Shown: positions 14,129 through 26,066, counted from the first letter of the whole stretch. The stretch is 63,067 nucleotides of DNA, filler included, from Octopus bimaculoides (GCF_001194135.2; 11 parts of 9 records of this genome joined end to end with filler, not necessarily neighbours in it); one strand, 5' to 3'. Made by a program: numbers and translations. The notes: generated from the letters alone by a model not told the origin.

Positions 14129-14462
14129 CAGTACCGCCTGACTGGCCTTCGTAGGATTTTCGAGTGAGATCGTTGCCAGTGCCCCTGGACTGGCTCTTGT
14201 GCGGGTGGCACATAAAATATACCATTTTGAGCGTGGCCGTTACCAGTACCGCCTGACTGGCCTTCGTGACAGTGGCATGTAAAAGCACCCACTACACTCT
14301 AGGAGTGGTTGGCGTTAGGAAGGGCATCCAGCTGTAGAAACTCTGCCAAATCAGATTGGAGCCTGGTGTTGCCATCCGGTTTCACCAGTCCTCAGTCAAA
14401 TCGTCCAACCCATGCTAGCATGGAAAGCGGACGTTAAACGATGATGATGATGATGATGATAT
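14129..14462 (+). mobile_element. RTE-like LINE/SINE 3' end with internal repeats and (GAT)n tail
   Basis: GTGGTTGGCGTTAGGAAGGGCATCC motif, internal repeat CAGTACCGCCTGACTGGCCTTCGT twice, ends GACGTTAAACGATGATGAT. Related pieces at 18706-18810 (-) and 19400-19577. Confidence 0.7.
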
Positions 14463-14569
14463 AGATATATATATGTGGACACACATATATAGACATACAT
14501 ACAAGGGACAGAGATTTGCAAACAGTTTCCTTGTTTGTGCAAGGGCTGCCAATCAAAAGCCTCGCTTAC

Positions 14570-14672
14570 CAGATGCCAGTAGGTTTCAAGGGTTATCAGG
14601 AGAAAATGTGCATCATTTTGCAGCATTCCTCTTGATAGCTTTTCAGTGTGTACCAGCCCCCCACTCACTATA
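14570..14672 (-). CDS. Candidate internal exon (IVSGGLVHTEKLSRGMLQNDAHFLLITLETYWHL), unidentified
   Basis: Acceptor ctattttcag|, donor CTG|GTAAGC, only one open frame. No homology recognised. Confidence 0.3.
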
Positions 14673-16749
14673 CTGAAAATAGTTTATCCAAGTGACTGCC
14701 TGCCCACATACATAAATACTAACAGTTAGACATACACATTTTCATATATGTGCGCACATGCAGATACGTGACGACCACGCATACACATACATAAGCCTAC
14801 TGAGACATTTTATTCAAACACAGATTTACAAGTTGTTTTCATATATATATATATATATATANNNNNNNNNNNNNNNNNNNNNNNNNNNNNNNNNNNNNNN
14901 NNNNNNNNNNNNNNNNNNNNNNNNNNNNNNNNNNNNNNNNNNNNNNNNNNNNNNNNNNNNNNNNNNNNNNNNNNNNNNNNNNNNNNNNNNNNNNNNNNNN
15001 NNNNNNNNNNNNNNNNNNNNNNNNNNNNNNNNNNNNNNNNNNNNNNNNNNNNNNNNNNNNNNNNNNNNNNNNNNNNNNNNNNNNNNNNNNNNNNNNNNNN
15101 NNNNNNNNNNNNNNNNNNNNNNNNNNNNNNNNNNNNNNNNNNNNNNNNNNNNNNNNNNNNNNNNNNNNNNNNNNNNNNNNNNNNNNNNNNNNNNNNNNNN
15201 NNNNNNNNNNNNNNNNNNNNNNNNNNNNNNNNNNNNNNNNNNNNNNNNNNNNNNNNNNNNNNNNNNNNNNNNNNNNNNNNNNNNNNNNNNNNNNNNNNNN
15301 NNNNNNNNNNNNNNNNNNNNNNNNNNNNNNNNNNNNNNNNNNNNNNNNNNNNNNNNNNNNNNNNNNNNNNNNNNNNNNNNNNNNNNNNNNNNNNNNNNNN
15401 NNNNNNNNNNNNNNNNNNNNNNNNNNNNNNNNNNNNNNNNNNNNNNNNNNNNNNNNNNNNNNNNNNNNNNNNNNNNNNNNNNNNNNNNNNNNNNNNNNNN
15501 NNNNNNNNNNNNNNNNNNNNNNNNNNNNNNNNNNNNNNNNNNNNNNNNNNNNNNNNNNNNNNNNNNNNNNNNNNNNNNNNNNNNNNNNNNNNNNNNNNNN
15601 NNNNNNNNNNNNNNNNNNNNNNNNNNNNNNNNNNNNNNNNNNNNNNNNNNNNNNNNNNNNNNNNNNNNNNNNNNNNNNNNNNNNNNNNNNNNNNNNNNNN
15701 NNNNNNNNNNNNNNNNNNNNNNNNNNNNNNNNNNNNNNNNNNNNNNNNNNNNNNNNNNNNNNNNNNNNNNNNNNNNNNNNNNNNNNNNNNNNNNNNNNNN
15801 NNNNNNNNNNNNNNNNNNNNNNNNNNNNNNNNNNGTGCCACCCGCACAAGAACCAATATATATATATATATATAATATATGGGTGCAGATGTAACTATGT
15901 GGTAAGAAGTTTAATTCCCAACCACATGGTTCCAGGTTCATTCTTACTGCATGGTATCTTGAGCTGCCCAAAGCCTTGTGAGTGAATTTGGTAGATGGAA
16001 ACTGAAAGAAGCCTGTCATGTATATATATATGTGTCTGTGTGTGTGCCGTGTGTGACCCATGCAAGCATGGAAAAGTGGATATTAAAACACTGACGATGA
16101 CGATGACGATAAACATTTAATTGCCATCCTGAGCACCCACCCCCCTCGCCCTTGCCGTTGAAGGCTATGGGATGTGCTCCAGTGTCTGTCTCTGTCTGGT
16201 GATCATATGAATGGCTCATTGTTGCAGCAGGAAAAAATAAATAAATCTCAATTCTTCCTTATAAACCACAAAAGCAGCATCAGTCTCCATCATCATCATC
16301 ATCATCATTATCCCCACCAATACCTCACCACCGATTGTTGTTGTTGTTGTTGTTTTCAAATCTATTTCACTTCCCCAGACGTGTTTTCCTTGACTGACTG
16401 GCAGTTGTGCTTGAGTCAGTGCTTGATTCCATCATCCTCTGGAGACACTTTCTCCCCTCCTGGGACCTCGCCATATTAACTACGCAGCTACAAATAATGT
16501 ATTGTTGTCAATCAGTGAAAGAGTATATTCTATAGATTTCTAGATGTACACACGAACGCGCGCACAAACACACACACACACACACACAGACATATATAGA
16601 CACAACTCATGGTGCAGAATCATGTACTTTGTTTCTCACACACGCTTACACATTTCTATCTCTGTGTGTATGTATATACACACACACACATATACACTCT
16701 GTCTCACACTAATACACTGATGCACGCATATTTTTACTCTTTCTCTCTC

Positions 16750-16783
<34 letters not shown>

Positions 16784-17237
16784 GTGTTTTAATATTTAAA
16801 CTAGAACTGCAATCTGAACTGAACCCATTATTAAAGGTTCTTGGAAACATCCATGGGGCAACCTTCTACGTTCTCCATACTCTTGACCTTGATTTCGTGT
16901 GTTCCTGGGGGACAGTCTTCTTGTTGGTTATATACTTTACCTCTAGCACATGTTTACATGATCCTTTCCTTTAACACACACACACACACACACACACACT
17001 TTCTCTTCCTCTCTCTTCCTCGAACACACATGTGCATGTGTGCACACACTGCACTTGCACATTTCCCTGTGTTTGATTTGAACTCTGCTCCTTTATTTCC
17101 AACATAGATCATCCGATGTCATTAACCAATTTATTGCTCATCCTTTGTTAAAATCAAAAGAGTGTAGAGAATGATGTTCGTGACCTTTGCAAGTCACACT
17201 AGCAGACCGATTTCATTAGAAAAAGTAATTTCTGTGG

Positions 17238-17525
17238 TGCAAGTGTGGTTGTGTGGTTAAAGAATTTGCTTCCCAACTATGTGGCTTTGGGTTCAGCCCT
17301 ATTGCAAGCCTTACAAGTGGATTTGGCAGATGGAAACATGTGTATTTGTGTTGTGTTTATTATCCTCCACCATGACTTGACAACTGATGTTGGTTTGTTT
17401 TTGTCCTCTTAACATAGCTGCTCTGCAAAAGAGACTGATGGAATAGACTTAGGGTTGATTCATTCCACTAAACCCTTGAAGGTGGTGCCCCAGTGTGGCC
17501 ACAGTCCATTGACTGAAACAAGGCA
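17238..17525 (+). mobile_element. SINE family B, diverged (other partial copies at ~15884-16020, 24690-24810, 25610-25780, 26380-26480, 28067-28155)
   Basis: Same 5' and 3' modules as 45028-45395. Confidence 0.75.
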
Positions 17526-17606
17526 AAGATAAAAGATCTGTCTCTTGCTCTCTCCTTCTCTCTTTAGCAAACATCACCCCCTTTCTCTCTCTCTCTCTCT
17601 CTTTCT

Positions 17607-17656
<50 letters not shown>

Positions 17657-17825
17657 GAAACATCAATCTCTTTCTCTCTCTCTAGCGAACATCAGTCATT
17701 CTCTCCCTAGCAAACATCAACCACTCCCCCTCTTTCTTCCTCCCCCTCAGCAAACATCAACTACTCTACCCCACCGCCATCCTTGTCAACCCATGTCTCC
17801 ACAGAATACTTCAACTAATTCTTAC

Positions 17826-17966
17826 CAAGACTCATTCTCTTCAACTCGTTCATGTTTTTATTGAATTTTTACGCTGCCCTGCTTTTGTCTTTCAATCCAT
17901 TTGATCACACACGAGTCTGGAAGTGTCAGTGGTCTGCACAAATGATGCAATGTCGTTAATTGACAG
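17826..17966 (-). CDS. Candidate exon carrying a start codon (ATG at 17853, MNELKRMSL+G) of an unidentified gene
   Basis: Pyrimidine-rich acceptor ttcttctcattttcttcatcaaattatag|, donor TTG|GTAAGA, and an upstream donor GCG|GTAAGT at 18104 defining a 137-nt intron. No homology recognised. Confidence 0.3.
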
Positions 17967-18397
17967 CTATAATTTGATGAAGAAAATGAGAAGAACTGCA
18001 GATGTGTGTCGATTTGATGTTGAAGTGATGTCCAAAGGCTGACGTTTTAAATCCAGTCTGCTTCTTCGCTGCTCCGTCTCAATGACCGAGACAGTTAACT
18101 TACCGCAGTGTCTCCCTGTTGTTCTGTACAGAATTAATGGTTGCAGGCAGTTTTAAGTAACCATGGAAAACTTCACACGAATCATTCTTTTATTTGTGTA
18201 ATACATATTTACTTTGCTTGTCATCTTTCCAAGGTCAATAAAATAACCATCAGAGTCAATGTAATTAGGGCGGAGTCCCCAACGAGACCTCAATCTAATA
18301 CTGAAGGCGTTCACAAACTTATGTATATACATTCATATATCATCATCATCGTTAAATGTCTGTTTTTCATGCTACAATGAGTTGGATGGTTTGACAA

Positions 18398-18702
18398 GAG
18401 CTGTCCAGCCAGGGAGCTGTCCAACCAGGGAGCTGTCCAAACAGCGAGCTGTCCAGCCAGCGAGCTGTCCAGCCAGGGAGCTGTCCAACCAGGGAGCTGT
18501 CCAGCCAGCGAGCTGTCCAGCCAGGGAGCTGTCCAACCAGGGAGCTGTCCAAANNNNNNNNNNAGAGCTGTCCAGCCAGGGAGCTGTCCAACCAGGGAGC
18601 TGTCCAAACAGCGAGCTGTCCAGCCAGCGAGCTGTCCAGCCAGCGAGCTGTCCAGCCAGCGAGCTGTCCAGCCAGCGAGCTGTCCAGCCAGGGAGCTGTC
18701 CA
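18398..18702. repeat. GC-rich 16-bp minisatellite (GAGCTGTCCA[G/A][C/A]CAG[G/C]), about 18-19 units, interrupted by a 10-N gap
   Basis: Directly visible tandem array. Confidence 0.95.
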
Positions 18703-18848
18703 GGCTCCAGTTGTCTGTTCTGTCATCTTTTCTACACCTGGATGCCCTTCCTGACGCCAACCACTCTACAGAGTATACTGGGTGCTTTATACATGCACCG
18801 AGCTGTCAGAATCGTTACCATGCCAGGCTAGATGGTTCGCAGTATCTC

Positions 18849-18972
18849 GTCTATTTTTACATTCTGAGTTCAAATGCCACTAAAGTCGACGTTTCTTTTC
18901 ATCTTTTTGAGGTCGATGTAAGTGACTTAACCCCTCCCCTGAAATTGCTGGCTTTGTTCCTAAATTTGAAAC
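18849..18972 (+). mobile_element. SINE family A, partial
   Basis: CATTCTGAGTTCAAATGCC...GCTGGCTTTGTTCC. Confidence 0.7.
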
Positions 18973-19399
18973 TTACTGTATACCTACCTACCTAAATTAC
19001 ACTCAGCTGTCCTCGTACATGCTCCTTGCTCCTACCCTCACGTTTAACATTCACCTACCTTGTCATGACATACTAATCAACTGTCAAATTTGATTTAATT
19101 TAATTAAAATAGAAATGATTTATTCATTAGTTTGTTTTTTTTTCTCCATTGTTTCCAATGGCAACAAAAATAACCAAATAAACAAACAAAATCAACTTTT
19201 TTTATTGATTTAAAAAAATTTTTTTTTTTTTCCAAATTACTTGAGCAATTTCTGTGTTGGAACATCAATTAACACAGAGGAAAATAGGTGAGATTTTTTT
19301 TTTTTTTTTTTTTTTTTGCATTCTGTCTTGGTATTTATTGCACTTGTAGTGCTCAGTCTGTGGTTTATGTCATGAATGCATATTGATGCCACAACTAGC

Positions 19400-19545
19400 A
19401 TGTTGACTCTGTTAAGTGGTTGGCATTAGGAAGGGCATCCAACCATATAAAACATGCCAAAACTGACAGCATGGATTTGTGAAGTCTTCTGACTAGCCGA
19501 CTCCTATCAGACTGTCCAAACCATGCCAGCATGAAAAGATGTTAA

Positions 19546-19577
<32 letters not shown>
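19400..19577 (+). mobile_element. RTE-like 3' tail repeat with (GAT)n
   Basis: Shares GTGGTTGGCATTAGGAAGGGCATCC and the ...GTTAAATGATGATG end with 14300-14462. Confidence 0.7.
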
Positions 19578-19580
<3 letters not shown>

Positions 19581-20494
19581 TAAACGTACTTTCTACATCC
19601 AGTGAAATTTTCATACCTTCGGTCTGTGTGTTCTGTCTTTATGTACCATTTTCTCTGCTTCCGTTCAGAGTTCACAAGTGTCAAAAAGTGTGGTATCTCC
19701 TTTTTCTGCTTCCAAAATTCTTATCACATAATAAATTTTGTTTTAATTAATTTTTCTTTCACCCTCTCCCCCTCCCCTCCCCTCTCTCTCTCTCTCTCTC
19801 TCTACTCCTAATTAGCTAGGTATGTAACTTATCCGTTAGCTGTGTTCTAGTGCTAAAGGCAAAAGAACCTGGTTGAAATTGGAAGTTTAACCTGAACTCA
19901 CCTGACACAACTCTATATAAAGATGATACAAGAGATACCGGCAAAATACGAGTCAGAGGAGAGATAATTATAGTCTTCTTCTTCATCATATGTGTCTATT
20001 TTGGTGTGCGTGTGTATGTTTTGGTGAGAGTGTATGTGTTTTTGTGTGTTGTGTGTGCTTGTCTGTATGTATTTGGTTCTTTATACATATCTTACTCAAA
20101 CTGAATTTCATTTAATTCTAAGACTATAATTAGCAATTTCACAGAAGACTGTTCAAGATTCGATAATTTAACACTTTGAGTGCCAAGGGGCTGGTTTTGA
20201 ACCAATTCTTTCTCATTTTACACAAACCACACCACATTTTCAACACATCCCACTTTCATAGCTTTTGTTGAACTTTGTTCCTTTTTGAGGAATTCCATTA
20301 TTTCAGATTTTGTCTGGTTTACCAAAATTTGTCCATCCCCAACTTAGAAAGATTGTAAAAATATCTTCTAATTCTTTTAGTGTTGAAGTAGCATGGAGTG
20401 AATTTAGTTTCTGTTGATATTTAATCCTCTCAGCAGATTTATGATGAGAAAATGCGTCTTAATTGTGACCATCTTGTCTTTTCTCTATATACAG

Positions 20495-20542
20495 GGAACT
20501 GGAGATTGCATTATGCAACTTGTCCATTTCTAATACAGCATG
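20495..20542 (+). CDS. Candidate 48-nt exon, unidentified
   Basis: Strong acceptor tcttgtcttttctctatatacag|, donor ATG|GTATGA. Two open frames (NWRLHYATCPFLIQH or ELEIALCNLSISNTA). Confidence 0.3.
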
Positions 20543-20998
20543 GTATGAGCTGAAATAGGCTTGGCTGTTATTTCTAGCACATGGTGCAACCATAGAGAAT
20601 CCCTCATTGGTTTGGAAACTTTCTGTTTGTGTGAGCAAGTTGAGAAACATATCAATTATAGATTCCAACAACAATACTAGCACCACCAACACCACACCAC
20701 TATCGCTAACACAGTCACAACCACTACATCACCACTACCACCAAAAGCATCATAACCCCTAACATCACCACCAATACCACAACCATCACTACCACCACCA
20801 CCATGACCACTTCTGCTATGATCACTGTTCCTACCAGCATATTTGCTATTGAAGGTGTTAGTTTATTGTCAGCAGTTGTTAGATTAACGATAATTAAATG
20901 GTAATCAATAATTTTACAATCGTAATCATAGAAATATTGTGGTTCAATCTCTGCCACTGATTTCATTTGTTCAGTCTCAAATTGTGGATTAGAAATAA

Positions 20999-21049
<51 letters not shown>

Positions 21050-21430
21050 TTTTCTTGGGCATTGCAGTACTAATAACCTGTATAGCTACACTTCAGAATA
21101 AAGTGTTTGGTTGAGTACAGGGCATGATATGAAATAATGAAATGACAAGGGAATATGAATTATGTAAGCAACTTCATTGGCTTACAGCTGTTTCTGCAAC
21201 CTTTTCAGTAGCCATGTGGGCAGTGTCTGATGATTGTGCTGGAACACCAGACATGTTATAAAACAATGTTTAGTATGTTCTCAGTACATGAAACTAATAA
21301 TAGCACATAAAGACATATATTATGTTTATTAAACAATATTTATTTCTCATCAGATGGTGTACTTTTTTTGTTGATCTCACCCACATGAAACCATACACTA
21401 TATTTGTATAGTATATATATTATATATATA

Positions 21431-21990
21431 AGATATGAAGGAAATCTTGAAGATGAAAGAATAGCTGTGAAAACAGCTTAGAAAATGAGATAAAAATACA
21501 CTTATAAGATAGGAAAAAGTGGTCAGCAAGCCACTACAGAGAATCAAACTCTGCACCTCTCAGATTCCAGCTTTGTGCTCTGTACCTTTCAGCTAAACAG
21601 CTCCTGACAACAGATACCATCTTTTATAATGCTAAATAATGGCTTTTGGAATGTGAGAAAGTCTTTTTTTTGTTATAAACAAACATCGAAGCATTGAGCG
21701 AGTGAGTTGCTATTTTCATTTGAGAAATTAGAGAAATCTCACACACAAGCGAATAGCTGTGAAAACCACTTAGAAAGAAGTCAGGTAAAAATAGCCTTAT
21801 AAGATGGTATCTGTTGTAAGGAGTTGTTTTGCTCAAATGTACAGAGTACTCAGCTGGAATTTGAGAGGAACAGAGTTTGATTCTCCATAGCATCTTGCTG
21901 GTCACTCTTTTCTGTCTTGTGAGAATATTTTTATCTAATCTTCTAAGCTGTTTTCACAGCTATTCTTCTGCATTCGAGATTTCATTCATT
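21431..21990. repeat. Long imperfect inverted repeat (arms ~21431-21628 and ~21797-21990)
   Basis: GAGAATCAAACTCTGCACCTCTCAGATTCCAGC...CAACAGATACCATCTTTTATAA is mirrored by TTATAAGATGGTATCTGTTG...GCTGGAATTTGAGAGGAACAGAGTTTGATTCTC. Confidence 0.85.
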
Positions 21991-22490
21991 TTTAAAATAT
22001 AAATACCAATTCACTCAACACTATGTTGTTTGTTTATGTGTGTGTGTAGTGCATAAACAGAGCCTGAGAGCTTGCTTTAAGATACATAGCATATTTTATA
22101 AATATGCTTGTTCAAGTATCATAACAGCATGAAACTATCAGTAGCTCTTTAATTCTTTAAATTATTTCAGCTTTAAAGCTGCGGTCATACTGGGGCACCT
22201 TGAGATATGTATATGTGTACACATATATATATATATAAATATATAGTATTAGGGAAAAGAACCAAGGTTTATGAACTCATCGATGAAAATCCACTTTCAC
22301 ATATAGAAAAAATTTATAATTCGATGAGTTNNNNNNNNNNNNNNNNNNNNNNNNNNNNNNNNNNNNNNNNNNNNNNNNNNNNNNNNNNNNNNNNNNNNNN
22401 NNATATTTTAAACTGTGAAACTTAATTTAATTTTGATTTTTAATAAATTGATTTTAATTGAGTTTTTACCTGTAATTTTGGATTTTATCC

Positions 22491-22531
<41 letters not shown>

Positions 22532-23104
22532 CTGAGACCCAGTGTGTCTTGAGCCAATGAGGAAGTCTCTATGTGGTTGCCCAACAGCTAGAAATAGTAA
22601 CTACCTCCCTCTCAAACTTCATGTTAAAAAGGGATGAAAATATTTTTTCATGTTTTTGTTTTAACTCGATCTCAGTAACCTGTTTTCAAAATATTCCATA
22701 GATTGGAATGTTGGGCAAAGAGTCCCACAATTACATAAAAGATGTTTATTATTGCCGTTGGATGATGTGGATTTGAAGCAGAAATCTGTTTAGTATTTTT
22801 AGGGTTGGCAGTTAATAGCAGCAGCCGCCATAGCTGTCCTTTTGCAGTCCAGCTAACAGCTAAGAGTTTACACATTGATAATAAGATGAATTTAATTCTG
22901 TGATCAAAGGGATACACTGTTCCTTCAGATCTCTGTAATTACCATTCTAAAGTGCTGCCAGTAGTTGAGTGTTTGTTGAAAGGTGAAAGGGTAGTTGGGT
23001 TGGCCTAAATTCCTGCTTGAAAGGCTGTCAGCTGACATATTAAATTCAATTAGTGTGTAGTCTCTGTAGCAGTGTTACTGTTTGTGGCACTATGGTTGAT
23101 ATAT

Positions 23105-23455
23105 ATCACCATGTGGCACCATGGAAAGTCAATATCCTCATGTATAGCATCAGAGAGACTGATATCTCCATGTCACACTACTGAAGACTGATGTTTCGTG
23201 TGGCTCTTTTGGAGAGTGATATTTCCATGTGGGACCAATATTTCTATGTAGTGTTATAGAAGGCTGATATCTCCATGCAACATTATGGGAGGTCAATATC
23301 TCCATGTGGAGTATCAATGGAGGCTGGTATTTCCATATCACACCATATCACACTGACCAATGCCTTCATCTGGTACCATGGGAGACCAATATCTCCATGT
23401 GAGGTTGATATATCTATGTGACACAATGAGACACTAATATCTTCATGTATAGTCA
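23105..23455. repeat. Degenerate ~28-30 bp minisatellite built on (G/C)ATATCTCCATGT
   Basis: About 11-12 recurrences of the ATAT(C/T)TCCATG core at roughly regular spacing. Confidence 0.75.
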
Positions 23456-23504
23456 CCAACTTAAACAAGGAGACTGTCCAGAAGAAGGTTCCAAAGTCGA
23501 CTGT

Positions 23505-23738
23505 ACTCTTCCACCACAACTTTCTCTCAGTCTTACTTCCTGTTTCTGTTGTGCCTGTAATTCAAAGGGTCAGCCTTGTCGCACACTGTGTCATGCTGAG
23601 TCTCCCCAACAACTACGTTAAGGGTACACGTGTCTGTGGAGTGCTCAGCCACTTGCACATTAATTTCACGAGCAGGCTGTTCCGTTGATTGGATCAACAG
23701 GTACCCTCATCATCATCATAACTGACAGAGTGCCACGA
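23505..23738 (+). mobile_element. Interspersed repeat, probably a LINE/SINE 3' end (second copy at 43105-43198, minus strand)
   Basis: GTGCTCAGCCACTTGCAC(A/G)TTAATTTCACG...GGCTGTTCCGTTGAT shared by both copies. Confidence 0.65.
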
Positions 23739-23866
23739 TTAATAAAGTATATATATANNNNNNNNNNNNNNNNNNNNNNNNNNNNNNNNNNNNNNNNNNN
23801 NTTAATTAATTAANNNNNNNNNNNNNNNNNNNNNNNNNNNNNNNNNNNNNNNNNNNNATATATATA

Positions 23867-24480
23867 CTAGGTGACGTACCAGGTAATTCCGTGGAAAACG
23901 GAGTTTATCCCTTGGTTCCATTTTCATAATTGTTTCACTAAATCAATAAGAATAATTCAAAGTATTAGCCCTTAAAACGATTTTTGTGCATTTACAGAGA
24001 ATACCAAACTGTCTTACACAAGATCTTCTTTTGAGGAATTCCGAATAATTGATGAATACCCAAATTGTGAAGTCAGTTATGTAATAACATGAAATTAGTT
24101 ACCCGATAGTAAGAATTCAAATAAAATAGCCCTGAAAAGGTCTTTAATGTGTTCCCAGAGTATATAGAACATCGGAGGAAATTTTAATAAGGTATGTATA
24201 CGAAAATCGTGAAGCATGTTACGGAATAACAGATATCAGATAATAATTCAAAGTAAATAACTCTGAAAAGGGCTTTTGTGCCTTCCCAGAGAATATTACC
24301 CTCAACAGCGCTAATGTTGGTATATTCGTGAATATCAATTTTTTCAACAATCTGAATATGCCATGAGGTTTCCAAACATGAGTTCTACTCGTGTTATGTT
24401 ACATCAAAATCGATAAATCGATGTAGGAGGAGTTAGCTAACCTGTATAACTCCGCGCCAACGACTAACTTACGAGAAAAG
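23867..24480 (-). mobile_element. Putative non-autonomous Helitron 3' portion
   Basis: Minus-strand end ...CCTAG|TA with hairpin TCCGT-GGAAA-ACGGA (23888-23902) about 17 nt inside, plus three internal degenerate repeats. The 5' end is not defined. Confidence 0.45.
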
Positions 24481-24839
24481 TTATGGGAAAGAAACTGTGT
24501 GGAACCCCATCATATGTGCTTGTGTGTGTGTGTATGTATTTATATAGAGATATGTATATGTGCGTATATATAGATACGTATGTATGTATATAAGTCTATG
24601 TATATATATATGAGTGTCTGCGTGTCTGGATATATATTTCTTCTACACTGATTGGTTTGCTCATATCCCATTAATTTATTAGTCCGTTAGAGATGGGCCC
24701 TGAAAGATTAAGCTGGGATATATGTACTGGTATCGATTTACTAAGCTAAAATTTTCAAGGAACTGCTCCAGCACGGCCACTGTCAAATGGCTGCAACTGA
24801 TAAAAAGACTATAAGTATGTATGTATGTATGTATGTATG

Positions 24840-24888
<49 letters not shown>

Positions 24889-25108
24889 NNNNNNNNNNNN
24901 NNNNNNNNNNNNNNNNNNNNNNNNNNNNNNNNNNNNNNNNNNNNNNNNNNNNNNNNNNNNNNNNNNNNNNNNNNNNNNNNNNNNNNNNNNNNNNNNNNNN
25001 NNNNNNNNNNNNNNNNNNNNNNNNNNNNNNNNNNNNNNNNNNNNNNNNNNNNNNNNNNNNNNNNNNNNNNNNNNNNNNNNNNNNNNNNNNNNNNNNNNNN
25101 NNNNNNNN

Positions 25109-25172
<64 letters not shown>

Positions 25173-25888
25173 TGTGTGTGTGTGTGTGTATGCCTGAACA
25201 TGTTCTATATGTGTGTTTAATGCATTTGTGTATATATGTGTATGTATGTGTTTCTGTGTATATACTAAGAGATTCATTATATATGCACACATATTTACGC
25301 ACTGATGCACCGCTACAAACAATACAACTCTTGTGACTGCAGTGTATCTCTTTGAGATCATCTGCCGTTTCTTTCTACAAAGTGTCTCCCTCTTTCTCGT
25401 CTGTCCCGGTATATGAATACGGAAATTCTCAAACAAGAAATGACCAAATTTTTCCCCAAGTCATTATATATACCACATACACCAAAATCAATGCAAAAGC
25501 AATCAATTAGATCCCACACAGTATCTTTAGATAGCGTTAGCGTATACAATGCATATTCCTATTATTTACTAACATACTCACTATGCATGTTAGGAAATAT
25601 TCTTTGTGCTTTAACTTGTTTCAGCCATTGGACAGCATCCAGGTTGAGAAATCGCCTTTACGTCTTCAATCGATTGAATCCAGCCTCTTCGGTCTGCTGA
25701 ACAGTTAAATTACAAGGAAGTAAACAAATCAACAACGATCATGAAGTGTTCAGTGATCAAACAAAAATACGCCGTAGTTCTAGTTCGAAGTAAATATATT
25801 TAATTGACATCTTGAGAAATTGTTTTCTACTTTCCATGCAATTGCTTTATGTAGATATGAAGATAATTCTACTGGACGATAAGATATA

Positions 25889-25945
<57 letters not shown>

Positions 25946-26066
25946 NNNNNNNNNNNNNNNNNNNNNNNNNNNNNNNNNNNNNNNNNNNNTTAATTAATTA
26001 ANNNNNNNNNNNNNNNNNNNNNNNNNNNNNNNNNNNNNNNNNNNNGGTAAATGTAATATCACTCAC

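Noticed and set aside
18311-18831. Repeat proteins (WTARWLDSSLAGQL)n
   Set aside because: Open frames produced by a stop-free 16-bp minisatellite.
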